This document shows, one piece after another, positions 39,001-52,983 of a stretch of 64,000 nucleotides of DNA. Numbering within the stretch: position 1 is the first letter of the stretch; each line of letters begins with the position of its first letter. A program made the translations under genes and the position numbers. The notes beneath the pieces were generated by a model, which made no database searches, was not told where the DNA came from, and was given only the letters and a program-made list of their open reading frames with translations. Source of the DNA: the human T2T-CHM13v2.0 reference genome, Homo sapiens; NCBI RefSeq assembly GCF_009914755.1, contig NC_060936.1; one strand, 5' to 3'.

Positions 39001-42000
39001 ACGCACACATCACAAAGTAGTTTCTGAGAATGATTCTGTCTAGTTTTTATACGAAGATGTTTCCTTTTCTACATTTGGTCTCAAAGCGATTGAAATCTCC
39101 AACTGGAAACTGCACAAATAGGCTGTTTCAAATCTGCTCTGTCTAAAGGAAGGTTCAGCTCTGTGAGTTGAATACACACACCACAAATAAGTTACTGAGA
39201 ATTCTTCTGTCGAACATTACTTGAAGAAATCCCGTTTCCAACGAAGGCCTCAAAGAGGTCCAAATATCCACTTGCAGACATTACAAACAGAGTGTTTCCA
39301 AACTGCTCCATCAAAAGAAAGGTTAAACTCTGTGAGCTGAACACACACATCAAAAAGAAGTTTCTGTGAATGATTCTGTCTAGATTTTATAAGAAGATGT
39401 TTCCTTTTCTACCGTAGGCCTCAAAGCGCTTGAAATCTCCAGCTGCAAATTCCACAAAAAGGGTGTTTAACATCTGCTCTTCTAAAGGAAAGTTCAACTC
39501 TATGAGTTGAATACACACAGCACAAAGAAGTTACTGAGACTTCTCCTATCAAACATTATATGAAGAAATCCCGTTTCCAACGAAGGCCTCAAAGAGGTCC
39601 AAATATCTGCTTGCAGACTTTACAGACAGAGTGTTTCCAAACTGCTCCATCAAAAGAAAGGTTAAACTCCTTGAGTTGAACACACACATCACAAAGTAGT
39701 TTCTGTGAATGATTCTGTCTAGTTTTTATACGAAGATGTTTCCTTTTCTACCTTTGGTCTCAAAGCGATTGAAATCTCCACATGGAAACTCCACCAAAAG
39801 AGTGTTTCAAATCTGCTCTCTCTGAAGGAAGGTTCAACTCTGTGAGTTGAATACAGACACCACAAATAAGTTACTGAGAATTCTTCTGTGTAACATTATA
39901 TGAGGAAATCCCGTTTCCAACGAAGGCCTCAAAGAGGTCCAAATATCCACTTGCAGACTTTACAAAGACAGTGTCTCCAAATTCCTCCATCAAAAGAAAG
40001 GTTATACTCTGTGAATTGAACGCACACATCACAAAGTAGTTTCTGAGAATGATTCTGTCTAGTTTTTATACGAAGATATTTCCTTTTCTACATTTGGCCT
40101 AAAAGCGCTTGAAATCTCCACCTGCAAATATCACAAAAAGAGGGTTTCACATCTGCTCTGTCTAAAGGACAGTTCACCTCTGTGAGTTGAATAGAGGCAA
40201 CACAAAGAACTTACTCAGTATTCTTCTTTCTAGCGTTCTATGAAGAAATCCCGTTTCCAACGAAGGCCTCAAAGAGGTCAAATATCTGCTTGCAGACTTT
40301 ACAGACAGAGTGTTTCCAAACTACTCTATGAAAAGAAAGCTTAAACTCCTTGAGTTGAACGCACACATCACAAAGTAGTTTCTGAGAATGATTCTGTCTA
40401 GTTTTTATACGAAGATGTTTCCCTTTCTACATTTGGTCTCAAAGCGATTGAAATCTCCAACTGGAAACTGCACAAATAGGCTGTTTCAAATCTGCTCTGT
40501 CTAAAGGAAGGTTCAACTCTGTGAGTTGAATACACACACCACAAATAAGTTACTGAGAATTCTTCTGTCGAACATTACAGGAAGAAATCCCGTTTCCAAC
40601 GAAGGCCTCAAAGAGGTCCAAATATCCACTTGCAGACATTACAAACAGAGTGTTTCCCAACTGCTCCATCAAAAGAAAGGTTAAACTCTGTGAGCTGAAC
40701 ACATACATCAAAAAGAAGTTTCTGTGAATGATTCTGTCTAGATTTTATAAGAAGATGTTTCCTTTTCTACCGTAGGCCTCAAAGCGCTTGAAATCTCCAG
40801 CTGCAAATTACACAAAAAGGGTGTTTAACATCTGCTCTTCTAAAGGAAAGTTCAACTCTATGAGTTGATTACACACAGCACAAAGAAGTTACTGAGACTT
40901 CTCCTATCAAACATTATATGAAGAAATCCCGTTTCCAACGAAGGCCTCAAAGAGGTCCAAATATCTGCTTGCAGACTTTACAGACAGTGTGTTTCCAAAC
41001 TGCTCCATCAAAAGAAAGGTTAAACTCCTTGAGTTGAACACACACATCACAAAGTAGTTTCTGTGAATGATTCTGTCTAGTTTTTATACGAAGATGTTTG
41101 CTTTTCTACCTTTGGCCTCAAAGCGATTGAAATCTCCACATGGAAACTCCACAAAAAGAGTGTTTCAAATCTGCTCTTTCTGAAGGAAGGTTCAACTCTG
41201 TGAGTTGAATACACACACCACAAATAAGTTACTGAGAATTCTTCTGTGTAACATTATATGAGGAAATCCCGTTTCCAACGAAGGCCTCAAAGAGGTCCAA
41301 ATATCCACTTGCAGACTTTACAAAGACAGTGTCTCCAAACTCCTCCATCAAAAGAAAGGTTATACTCTGTGAATTGAACGCACACATCACAAAGTAGTTT
41401 CTGAGAATGATTCTGTCTAGTTTTTATACGAAGATATTTCCTTTTCTACATTTGGCCTAAAAGCGCTTGAAATCTCCAACTGCAAATATCACAAAAAGAG
41501 GGTTTCACATCTGCTCTGTCTAAAGGACAGTTCACCTCTGTGAGTTGAATAGAGGCAACACAAAGAACTTACTCAGTATTCTTCTTTCTAGCATTCTATG
41601 AAGAAATCCCATTTCCAACGAAGGCCCCAAAGAGGTCCAAATATCTGCTTGCAGATTTTACAGACAGAGTTTTTCCAAACTGCTCCATCAAAAGAAAGGT
41701 TAAACTCCTTGAGTTGAACACACACATCACAAAGTAGTTTCTGTGAATGATTCTGTCTAGTTTTTATACGAAGATGTTTCCTTTTCTACCTTTGGTCTCA
41801 AAGCGATTGAAATCTCCACATGGAAACTCCACAAAAAGAGTGTTTCAAATCTGCTCTTTCTGAAGGAAGGTTCAACTCTGTGAGTTGAATACACACACCA
41901 CAAATAAGTTACTGAGAATTCTTCTGTGTAACATTATATGAGGAAATCCCGTTTCCAACGAAGGCCTCAAAGAGGTCCAAATATCCACTTGCAGACTTTA

Positions 42001-43150
42001 CAAAGACAGTGTCTCCAAACTCCTCCATCAAAAGAAAGGTTATACTCTGTGAATTGAACGCACACATCACAAAGTAGTTTCTGAGAATGATTCTGTCTAG
42101 TTTTTATACGAAGATATTTCCTTTTCTATATTTGGCCTAAAAGCGCTTGAAATCTCCACCTGCAAATATCACAAAAAGAGGGTTTCACATCTGCTCTGTC
42201 TAAAGGACAGTTCACCTCTGTGAGTTGAATAGAGGCAACACAAAGAACTTACTGAGTATTCTTCTTTCTAGCGTTATATGAAGAAATCCCGTTTCCAACG
42301 AAGGCCTCAAAGAGGTCAAATATCTGCTTGCAGACTTTACAGACAGAGTGTTTCCAAACTACTCTATGAAAAGAAAGCTTAAACTCCTTGAGTTGAACGC
42401 ACACATCACAAAGTAGTTTCTGAGAATGATTCTGTCTAGTTTTTATACGAAGATGTTTCCTTTTCTACATTTGGTCTCAAAGCGATTGAAATCTCCAACT
42501 GGAAACTGCACAAATAGGCTGTTTCAAATCTGCTCTGTCTAAAGGAAGGTTCAACTCTGTGAGTTGAATACACACACCACAAATAAGTTACTGAGAATTC
42601 TTCTGTCGAACATTACAGGAAGAAATCCCGTTTCCAACGAAGGCCTCAAAGAGGTCCAAATATCCACTTGCAGACATTACAAACAGTGTGTTTCCCAACT
42701 GCTCCATCAAAAGAAAGGTTAAACTCTGTGAGCTGAACACACACATCAAAAAGAAGTTTCTGTGAATGATTCTGTCTAGATTTTATAAGAAGATGTTTCC
42801 TTTTCTACCGTAGGCCTCAAAGCGCTTGAAATCTCCAGCTGCAAATTCCACAAAAAGGGTGTTTAACATCTGCTCTTCTAAAGGAAAGTTCAACTCTATG
42901 AGTTGAATACACACAGCACAAAGAAGTTACTGAGACTTCTCCTATCAAACATTATATGAAGAAATCCCGTTTCCAACGAAGGCCTCAAAGAGGTCCAAAT
43001 ATCTGCTTGCAGACTTTACAGACAGAGTGTTTCCAAACTGCTCCATCAAAAGAAAGGTTAAACTCCTTGAGTTGAACACACACATCACAAAGTAGTTTCT
43101 GTGAATGATTCTGTCTAGTTTTTATACGAAGATGTTTCCTTTTCTACCTT
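36100..43150 (-). repeat. ~7-kb duplicate of ~26600-33650 (offset 9510 bp)
   Basis: Shared rare markers at +9510: ttcgcatc (~27240/~36750), cttaag (ORFs 28841/38351), ccaaattcctcc (~30467/~39977), acatacatca (31191/40701), ctccaactgcaaatatc (~31964/~41474) and cagatttta (~32142/~41652). End points are approximate. Confidence 0.85.
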
Positions 43151-43470
43151 TGGTCTCAAAGCGATTGAAATCTCCACATGGAAACTCCACAAAAAGAGTG
43201 TTTCAAATCTGCTCTTTCTGAAGGAAGGTTCAACTCTGTGAGTTGAATACACACACCACAAATAAGTTACTGAGAATTCTTCTGTGTAACATTATATGAG
43301 GAAATCCCGTTTCCAACGAAGGCCTCAAAGAGGTCCAAATATCCACTTGCAGACTTTACAAAGACAGTGTCTCCAAACTCCTCCATCAAAAGAAAGGTTA
43401 TACTCTGTGAATTGAACGCACACATCACAAAGTAGTTTCTGAGAATGATTCTGTCTAGTTTTTATACGAA

Positions 43471-46400
43471 GATATTTCCTTTTCTACATTTGGCCTAAAA
43501 GCGCTTGAAATCTCCACCTGCAAATATCACAAAAAGAGGGTTTCACATCTGCTCTGTCTAAAGGACAGTTCACCTCTGTGAGTTGAATAGAGGCAACACA
43601 AAGAACTTACCCAGTATTCTTCTTTACAGCGTTCTCTGAAGAAATCCCGTTTCCAACGAAGGCCTCAAAGAGGTCCAAATATCTGCTTGCAGACTTTACA
43701 GACAGAGTGTTTCCAAACTACTCTATGAAAAGAAAGCTTAAACTCCTTGAGTTGAACGCACACATCACAAAGTAGTTTCTGAGAATGATTCTGTCTAGTT
43801 TTTATACGAAGATGTTTCCTTTTCTACATTTGGTCTCAAAGCGATTGAACTCTCCAACTGGAAACTGCACAAATAGGGTGTTTCAAATCTGCTCTGTCTA
43901 AAGGAAGGTTCAACTCTGTGAGTTGAATACACACACCACAAATAAGTTACTGAGAATTCTTCTGTCGAACATTACAGGAAGAAATCCCGTTTCCAACGAA
44001 GGCCTCAAAGAGGTCCAAATATCCACTTGCAGACATTACAAACAGTGTGTTTCCCAACTGCTCCATCAAAAGAAAGGTTAAACTCTGTGAGCTGAACACA
44101 CACATCAAAAAGAAGTTTCTGTGCATGATTCTGTCTAGATTTTATAAGAAGATGTTTCCTTTTCTACCGTAGGCCTCAAAGCGCTTGAAATCTCCAGCTG
44201 CAAATTCCACAAAAAGGGTGTTTAACATCTGCTCTTCTAAAGGAAAGTTCAACTCTATGAGTTGAATACACACAGCACAAAGAAGTTACTGAGACTTCTC
44301 CTATCAAACATTATATGAAGAAATCCCGTTTCCAACGAAGGCCTCAAAGAGGTCCAAATATCTGCTTGCAGACTTTACAGACAGAGTGTTTCCAAACTGC
44401 TCCATCAAAAGAAATGTTAAACTCCTTGAGTTGAACACACACATCACAAAGTAGTTTCTGTGAATGATTCTGTCTAGTTTTTATACGAAGATGTTTCCTT
44501 TTCTACCTTTGGTCTCAAAGCGATTGAAATCTCCACATGGAAACTCCACAAAAAGATTGTTTCAAATCTGCTCTTTCTGAAGGAAGGTTCAACTCTGTGA
44601 GTTGAATACACACACCACAAATAAGTTACTGAGAATTCTTCTGTGTAACATTATATGAGGAAATCCCGTTTCCAACGAAGGCCTCAAAGAGGTCCAAATA
44701 TCCACTTGCAGACTTTACAAAGACAGTGTCTCCAAACTCCTCCATCAAAAGAAAGGTTATACTCTGTGAATTGAACGCACACATCACAAAGTAGTTTCTG
44801 AGAATGATTCTGTCTAGTTTTTATACGAAGATATTTCCTTTTCTACATTTGGCCTAAAAGCGCTTGAAATCTCCACCTGCAAATATCACAAAAAGAGGGT
44901 TTCACATCTGCTCTGTCTAAAGGACAGTTCACCTCTGTGAGTTGAATAGAGGCAACACAAAGAACTTACCCAGTATTCTTCTTTCTAGCGTTCTCTGAAG
45001 AAATCCCGTTTCCAACGAAGGCCTCAAAGAGGTCCAAATATCTGCTTGCAGACTTTACAGACAGAGTGTTTCCAAACTACTCTATGAAAAGAAAGCTTAA
45101 ACTCCTTGAGTTGAACGCACACATCACAAAGTAGTTTCTGAGAATGATTCTGTCTAGTTTTTATACGAAGATGTTTCCTTTTCTACATTTGGTCTCAAAG
45201 CGATTGAAATCTCCAACTGGAAACTGCACAAATAGGGTGTTTCAAATCTGCTCTGTCTAAAGGAAGGTTCAACTCTGTGAGTTGAATACACACACCACAA
45301 ATAAGTTACTGAGAATTCTTCTGTCGAACATTACAGGAAGAAATCCCGTTTCCAACGAAGGCCTCAAAGAGGTCCAAATATCCACTTGCAGACATTACAA
45401 ACAGTGTGTTTCCCAACTGCTCCATCAAAAGAAAGGTTAAACTCTGTGAGCTGAACACACACATCAAAAAGAAGTTTCTGTGAATGATTCTGTCTAGATT
45501 TTATAAGAAGATGTTTCCTTTTCTACCGTAGGCCTCAAAGCGCTTGAAATCTCCAGCTGCAAATTCCACAAAAATGGTGTTTAACATCTGCTCTTCTAAA
45601 GGAAAGTTCAACTCTATGAGTTGAATACACACAGCACAAAGAAGTTACTGAGACTTCTCCTATCAAACATTATATGAAGAAATCCCGTTTCCAACGAAGG
45701 CCTCAAAGAGGTCCAAATATCTGCTTGCAGACTTTACAGACAGAGTGTTTCCAAACTGCTCCATCAAAAGAAAGGTTAAACTCCTTGAGTTGAACACACA
45801 CATCACAAAGTAGTTTCTGTGAATGATTCTGTCTAGTTTTTATACGAAGATGTTTCCTTTTCTACCTTTGGTCTCAAAGCGATTGAAATCTCCACATGGA
45901 AACTCCACAAAAAGAGTGTTTCAAATCTGCTCTTTCTGAAGGAAGGTTCAACTCTGTGAGTTGAATACACACACCACAAATAAGTTACTGAGAATTCTTC
46001 TGTGTAACATTATATGAGGAAATCCCGTTTCCAACGAAGGCCTCAAAGAGGTCCAAATATCCACTTGCAGACTTTACAAAGACAGTGTCTCCAAACTCCT
46101 CCATCAAAAGAAAGGTTATACTCTGTGAATTGAACGCACACATCACAAAGTAGTTTCTGAGAATGATTCTGTCTAGTTTTTATACGAAGATATTTCCTTT
46201 TCTACATTTGGCCTAAAATCGCTTGAAATCTCCACCTGCAAATATCACAAAAAGAGGGTTTCACATCTGCTCTGTCTAAAGGACAGTTCACCTCTGTGAG
46301 TTGAATAGAGGCAACACAAAGAACTTACCCAGTATTCTTCTTTCCAGCGTTCTCTGAAGAAATCCCGTTTCCAACGAAGGCCTCAAAGAGGTCCAAATAT

Positions 46401-49400
46401 CTGCTTGCAGACTTTACAGACAGAGTGTTTCCAAACTACTCTATGAAAAGAAAGCTTAAACTCCTTGAGTTGAACGCACACATCACAAAGTAGTTTCTGA
46501 GAATGATTCTGTCTAGTTTTTATACGAAGATGTTTCCTTTTCTACATTTGGTCTCAAAGCGATTGAAATCTCCAACTGGAAACTGCACAAATAGGGTGTT
46601 TCAAATCTGCTCTGTCTAAAGGAAGGTTCAACTCTGTGAGTTGAATACACACACCACAAATAAGTTACTGAGAATTCTTCTGTCGAACATTACAGGAAGA
46701 AATCCCGTTTCCAACGAAGGCCTCAAAGAGGTCCAAATATCCACTTGCAGACATTACAAACAGTGTGTTTCCCAACTGCTCCATCAAAAGAAAGGTTAAA
46801 CTCTGTGAGCTGAACACACACATCAAAAAGAAGTTTCTTTGAATGATTCTGTCTAGATTTTATAAGAAGATGTTTCCTTTTCTACCGTAGGCCTCAAAGC
46901 GCTTGAAATCTCCAGCTGCAAATTCCACAAAAAGGGTGTTTAACATCTGCTCTTCTAAAGGAAAGTTCAACTCTATGAGTTGAATACACACAGCACAAAG
47001 AAGTTACTGAGACTTCTCCTATCAAACATTATATGAAGAAATCCCGTTTCCAACGAAGGCCTCAAAGAGGTCCAAATATCTGCTTGCAGACTTTACAGAC
47101 AGAGTGTTTCCAAACTGCTCCATCAAAAGAAAGGTTAAACTCCTTGAGTTGAACACACACATCACAAAGTAGTTTCTGTGAATGATTCTGTCTAGTTTTT
47201 ATACGAAGATGTTTCCTTTTCTACATTTGGTCTCAAAGCTATTGAAATCTCCACATGGAAACTCCACAAAAAGAGTGTTTCAAATCTGCTCTTTCTGAAG
47301 GAAGGTTCAACTCTGTGAGTTGAATACACACGCCACAAATAAGTTACTGAGAATTCTTCTGTGTAACATTATATGAGGAAATCCCGTTTCCAACGAAGGC
47401 CTCAAAGAGGTCCAAATATCCACTTGCAGACTTTACAAAGACAGTGTCTCCAAACTCCTCCATCAAAAGAAAGGTTATACTCTGTGAATTGAACGCACAC
47501 ATCACAAAGTAGTTTCTGAGAATGATTCTGTCTAGTTTTTATACGAAGATATTTCCTTTTCTACATTTGGCCTAAAAGCGCTTGAAATCTCCACCTGCAA
47601 ATATCACAAAAAGAGGGTTTCACATCTGCTCTGTCTAAAGGACAGTTCACCTCTGTGAGTTGAATAGAGGCAACACAAAGAACTTACCCAGTATTCTTCT
47701 TTCCAGCGTTCTCTGAAGAAATCCCGTTTCCAACGAAGGCCTCAAAGAGGTCCAAATATCTGCTTGCAGACTTTACAGACAGAGTGTTTCCAAACTACTC
47801 TATGAAAAGAAAGCTTAAACTCCTTGAGTTGAACGCACACATCACAAGGTAGTTTCTGAGAATGATTCTGTCTAGTTTTTATACGAAGATGTTTCCTTTT
47901 CTACATTTGGTCTCAAAGCGATTGAAATCTCCAACTGGAAACTGCACAAATAGGGTGTTTCAAATCTGCTCTGTCTAAAGGAAGGTTCAACTCTGTGAGT
48001 TGAATACACACACCACAAATAAGTTACTGAGAATTCTTCTGTCGAACATTACAGGAAGAAATCCCGTTTCCAACGAAGGCCTCAAAGAGGTCCAAATATC
48101 CACTTGCAGACATTACAAACAGTGTGTTTCCCAACTGCTCCATCAAAAGAAAGGTTAAACTCTGTGAGCTGAACACACACATCAAAAAGAAGTTTCTGTG
48201 AATGATTCTGTCTAGATTTTATAAGAAGATGTTTCCTTTTCTACCGTAGGCCTCAAAGCGCTTGAAATCTCCAGCTGCAAATTCCACAAAAAGGGTGTTT
48301 AACATCTGCTCTTCTAAAGGAAAGTTCAACTCTATGAGTTGAATACACACAGCACAAAGAAGTTACTGAGACTTCTCCTATCAAACATTATATGAAGAAA
48401 TCCCGTTTCCAACGAAGGCCTCAAAGAGGTCCAAATATCTGCTTGCAGACTTTACAGACAGAGTGTTTCCAAACTGCTCCATCAAAAGAAAGGTTAAACT
48501 CCTTGAGTTGAACACACACATCACAAAGTAGTTTCTGTGAATGATTCTGTCTAGTTTTTATACGAAGATGTTTCCTTTTCTACCTTTGGTCTCAAAGCGA
48601 TTGAAATCTCCACATGGAAACTCCACAAAAAGAGTGTTTCAAATCTGCTCTTTCTGAAGGAAGGTTCAACTCTGTGAGTTGAATACACACACCACAAATA
48701 AGTTACTGAGAATTCTTCTGTGTAACATTATATGAGGAAATCCCGTTTCCAACGAAGGCCTCAAAGAGGTCCAAATATCCACTTGCAGACTTTACAAAGA
48801 CAGTGTCTCCAAACTCCTCCATCAAAAGAAAGGTTATACTCTGTGAATTGAACGCACACATCACAAAGTAGTTTCTGAGAATGATTCTGTCTAGTTTTTA
48901 TACGAAGATATTTCCTTTTCTACATTTGGCCTAAAAGCGCTTGAAATCTCCACCTGCAAATATCACAAAAAGAGGGTTTCACATCTGCTCTGTCTAAAGG
49001 ACAGTTCACCTCTGTGAGTTGAATAGAGGCAACACAAAGAACTTACTCAGTATTCTTCTTTCTAGCGTTCTCTGAAGAAATCCCGTTTCCAACGAAGGCC
49101 TCAAAGAGGTCCAAATATCTGCTTGCAGACTTTACAGACAGAGTGTTTCCAAACTACTCTATGAAAAGAAAGCTTAAACTCCTTGAGTTGAACGCACACA
49201 TCACAAAGTAGTTTCTGAGAATGATTCTGTCTAGTTTTTATACGAAGATGTTTCCTTTTCTACATTTGGTCTCAAAGCGATTGAAATCTCCAACTGGAAA
49301 CTGCACAAATAGGGTGTTTCAAATCTGCTCTGTCTAAAGGAAGGTTCAACTCTGTGAGTTGAATACACACACCACAAATAAGTTACTGAGAATTCTTCTG

Positions 49401-52400
49401 TCGAACATTACAGGAAGAAATCCCGTTTCCAACGAAGGCCTCAAAGAGGTCCAAATATCCACTTGCAGACATTACAAACAGTGTGTTTCCCAACTGCTCC
49501 ATCAAAAGAAAGGTTAAACTCTGTGAGCTGAACACACACATCAAAAAGAAGTTTCTGTGAATGATTCTGTCTAGATTTTATAAGAAGATGTTTCCTTTTC
49601 TACCGTAGGCCTCAAAGCGCTTGAAATCTCCAGCTGCAAATTCCACAAAAATGGTGTTTAACATCTGCTCTTCTAAAGGAAAGTTCAACTCTATGAGTTG
49701 AATACACACAGCACAAAGAAGTTACTGAGACTTCTCCTATCAAACATTATATGAAGAAATCCCGTTTCCAACGAAGGCCTCAAAGAGGTCCAAATATCTG
49801 TTTGCAGACTTTACAGACAGTGTGTTTCCAAACTGCTCCATCAAAAGAAAGGTTAAACTCCTTGAGTTGAACACACACATCACAAAGTAGTTTCTGTGAA
49901 TGATTCTGTCTAGTTTTTATACGAAGATGTTTCCTTTTCTACCTTTGGTCTCAAAGCGATTGAAATCTCCACATGGAAACTCCACAAAAAGAGTGTTTCA
50001 AATCTGCTCTTTCTGAAGGAAGCTTCAACTCTGTGAGTTGAATACACACACCACAAATAAGTTACTGAGAATTCTTCTGTGTAACATTATATGAGGAAAT
50101 CCCGTTTCCAACGAAGGCCTTAAAGAGGTCCAAATATCCACTTGCAGACTTTACAAAGACAGTGTCTCCAAACTCCTCCATCAAAAGAAAGGTTATACTC
50201 TGTGAATTGAACGCACACATCACAAAGTAGTTTCTGAGAATGATTCTGTCTAGTTTTTATACGAAGATATTTCCTTTTCTACATTTGGCCTAAAAGCGCT
50301 TGAAATCTCCACCTGCAAATATCACAAAAAGAGGGTTTCACATCTGCTCTGTCTAAAGGACAGTTCACCTCTGTGAGTTGAATAGAGGCAACACAAAGAA
50401 CTTACCCAGTATTCTTCTTTCCAGCGTTCTCTGAAGAAATCCCGTTTCCAACGAAGGCCTCAAGGAGGTCCAAATATCTGCTTGCAGACTTTACAGACAG
50501 AGTGTTTCCAAACTACTCTATGAAAAGAAAGCTTAAACTCCTTGAGTTGAACGCACACATCACAAGGTAGTTTCTGAGAATGATTCTGTCTAGTTTTTAT
50601 ACGAAGATGTTTCCTTTTCTACATTTGGTCTCAAAGCGATTGAAATCTCCAACTGGAAACTGCACAAATAGGGTGTTTCAAATCTGCTCTGTCTAAAGGA
50701 AGGTTCAACTCTGTGAGTTGAATACACACACCACAAATAAGTTACTGAGAATTCTTCTGTCGAACATTACAGGAAGAAATCCCGTTTCCAACGAAGGCCT
50801 CAAAGAGGTCCAAATATCCACTTGCAGACATTACAAACAGTGTGTTTCCCAACTGCTCCATCAAAAGAAAGGTTAAACTCTGTGAGCTGAACACACACAT
50901 CAAAAAGAAGTTTCTGTGAATGATTCTGTCTAGATTTTATAAGAAGATGTTTCCTTTTCTACCGTAGGCCTCAAAGCGCTTGAAATCTCCAGCTGCAAAT
51001 TCCACAAAAAGGGTGTTTAACATCTGCTCTTCTAAAGGAAAGTTCAACTCTATGAGTTGAATACACACAGCACAAAGAAGTTACTGAGACTTCTCCTATC
51101 AAACATTATATGAAGAAATCCCGTTTCCAACGAAGGCCTCAAAGAGGTCAAAATATCTGCTTGCAGACTTTACAGACAGAGTGTTTCCAAACTGCTCCAT
51201 CAAAAGAAAGGTTAAACTCCTTGAGTTGAACACACACATCACAACGTAGTTTCTGTGAATGATTCTGTCTAGTTTTTATACGAAGATGTTTCCTTTTCTA
51301 CCTTTGGTCTCAAAGCGATTGAAATCTCCACATGGAAACTCCACAAAAAGAGTGTTTCAAATCTGCTCTTTCTGAAGGAAGGTTCAACTCTGTGAGTTGA
51401 ATACACACACCACAAATAAGTTACTGAGAATTCTTCTGTGTAACATTATATGAGGAAATCCCGTTTCCAACGAAGGCCTCAAAGAGGTCCAAATATCCAC
51501 TTGCAGACTTTACAAAGACAGTGTCTCCAAACTCCTCCATCAAAAGAAAGGTTATACTCTGTGAATTGAACGCACACATCACAAAGTAGTTTCTGAGAAT
51601 GATTCTGTCTAGTTTTTATACGAAGATATTTCCTTTTCTACATTTGGCCTAAAAGCGCTTGAAATCTCCACCTGCAAATATCACAAAAAGAGGGTTTCAC
51701 ATCTGCTCTGTCTAAAGGACAGTTCACCTCTGTGAGTTGAATAGAGGCAACACAAAGAACTTACTCAGTATTCTTCTTTCTAGCGTTCTCTGAAGAAATC
51801 CCGTTTCCAACGAAGGCCTCAAAGAGGTCCAAATATCTGCTTGCAGACTTTACAGACAGAGTGTTTCCAAACTACTCTATGAAAAGAAAGCTTAAACTCC
51901 TTGAGTTGAACGCACACATCACAAAGTAGTTTCTGAGAATGATTCTGTCTAGTTTTTATACGAAGATGTTTCCTTTTCTACATTTGGTCTCAAAGCGATT
52001 GAAATCTCCAACTGGAAACTGCACAAATAGGGTGTTTCAAATCTGCTCTGTCTAAAGGAAGGTTCAACTCTGTGAGTTGAATACACACACCACAAATAAG
52101 TTACTGAGAATTCTTCTGTCGAACATTACAGGAAGAAATCCCGTTTCCAACGAAGGCCTCAAAGAGGTCCAAATATCCACTTGCAGACATTACAAACAGT
52201 GTGTTTCCCAACTGCTCCATCAAAAGAAAGGTTAAACTCTGTGAGCTGAACACACACATCAAAAAGAAGTTTCTGTGAATGATTCTGTCTAGATTTTATA
52301 AGAAGATGTTTCCTTTTCTACCGTAGGCCTCAAAGCGCTTGAAATCTCCAGCTGCAAATTCCACAAAAATGGTGTTTAACATCTGCTCTTCTAAAGGAAA

Positions 52401-52983
52401 GTTCAACTCTATGAGTTGAATACACACAGCACAAAGAAGTTACTGAGACTTCTCCTATCAAACATTATATGAAGAAATCCCGTTTCCAACGAAGGCCTCA
52501 AAGAGGTCCAAATATCTGTTTGCAGACTTTACAGACAGTGTGTTTCCAAACTGCTCCATCAAAAGAAAGGTTAAACTCCTTGAGTTGAACACACACATCA
52601 CAAAGTAGTTTCTGTGAATGATTCTGTCTAGTTTTTATACGAAGATGTTTCCTTTTCTACCTTTGGTCTCAAAGCGATTGAAATCTCCACATGGAAACTC
52701 CACCAAAAGAGTGTTTCAAATCTGCTCTTCCTGAAGGAAGGTTCAACTCTGTGAGTTGAATACAGACACCACGAATAAGTTACTGAGAATTCTTCTGTGT
52801 AACATTATATGAGGAAATCCCGTTTCCAACGAAGGCCTCAAAGAGGTCCAAATATCTACTTGCAGACTTTACAAAGACAGTGTCTCCAAACTCCTCCATC
52901 AAAAGAAAGGTTATACTCTGTGAATTGAACGCACACATCACAAAGTAGTTTCTGAGAATGATTCTGTCTAGTTTTTATACGAA
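43471..52983 (-). repeat. Block of seven 1359-bp 8-mers of a distinct HOR haplotype, without 4-mers
   Basis: All seven have gaggtccaaa in dimer A (one extra C), gttctctgaa and aatagggtg. Five of the seven have acttacccag. Units start at 43471, 44830, 46189, 47548, 48907, 50266 and 51625. Confidence 0.9.
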
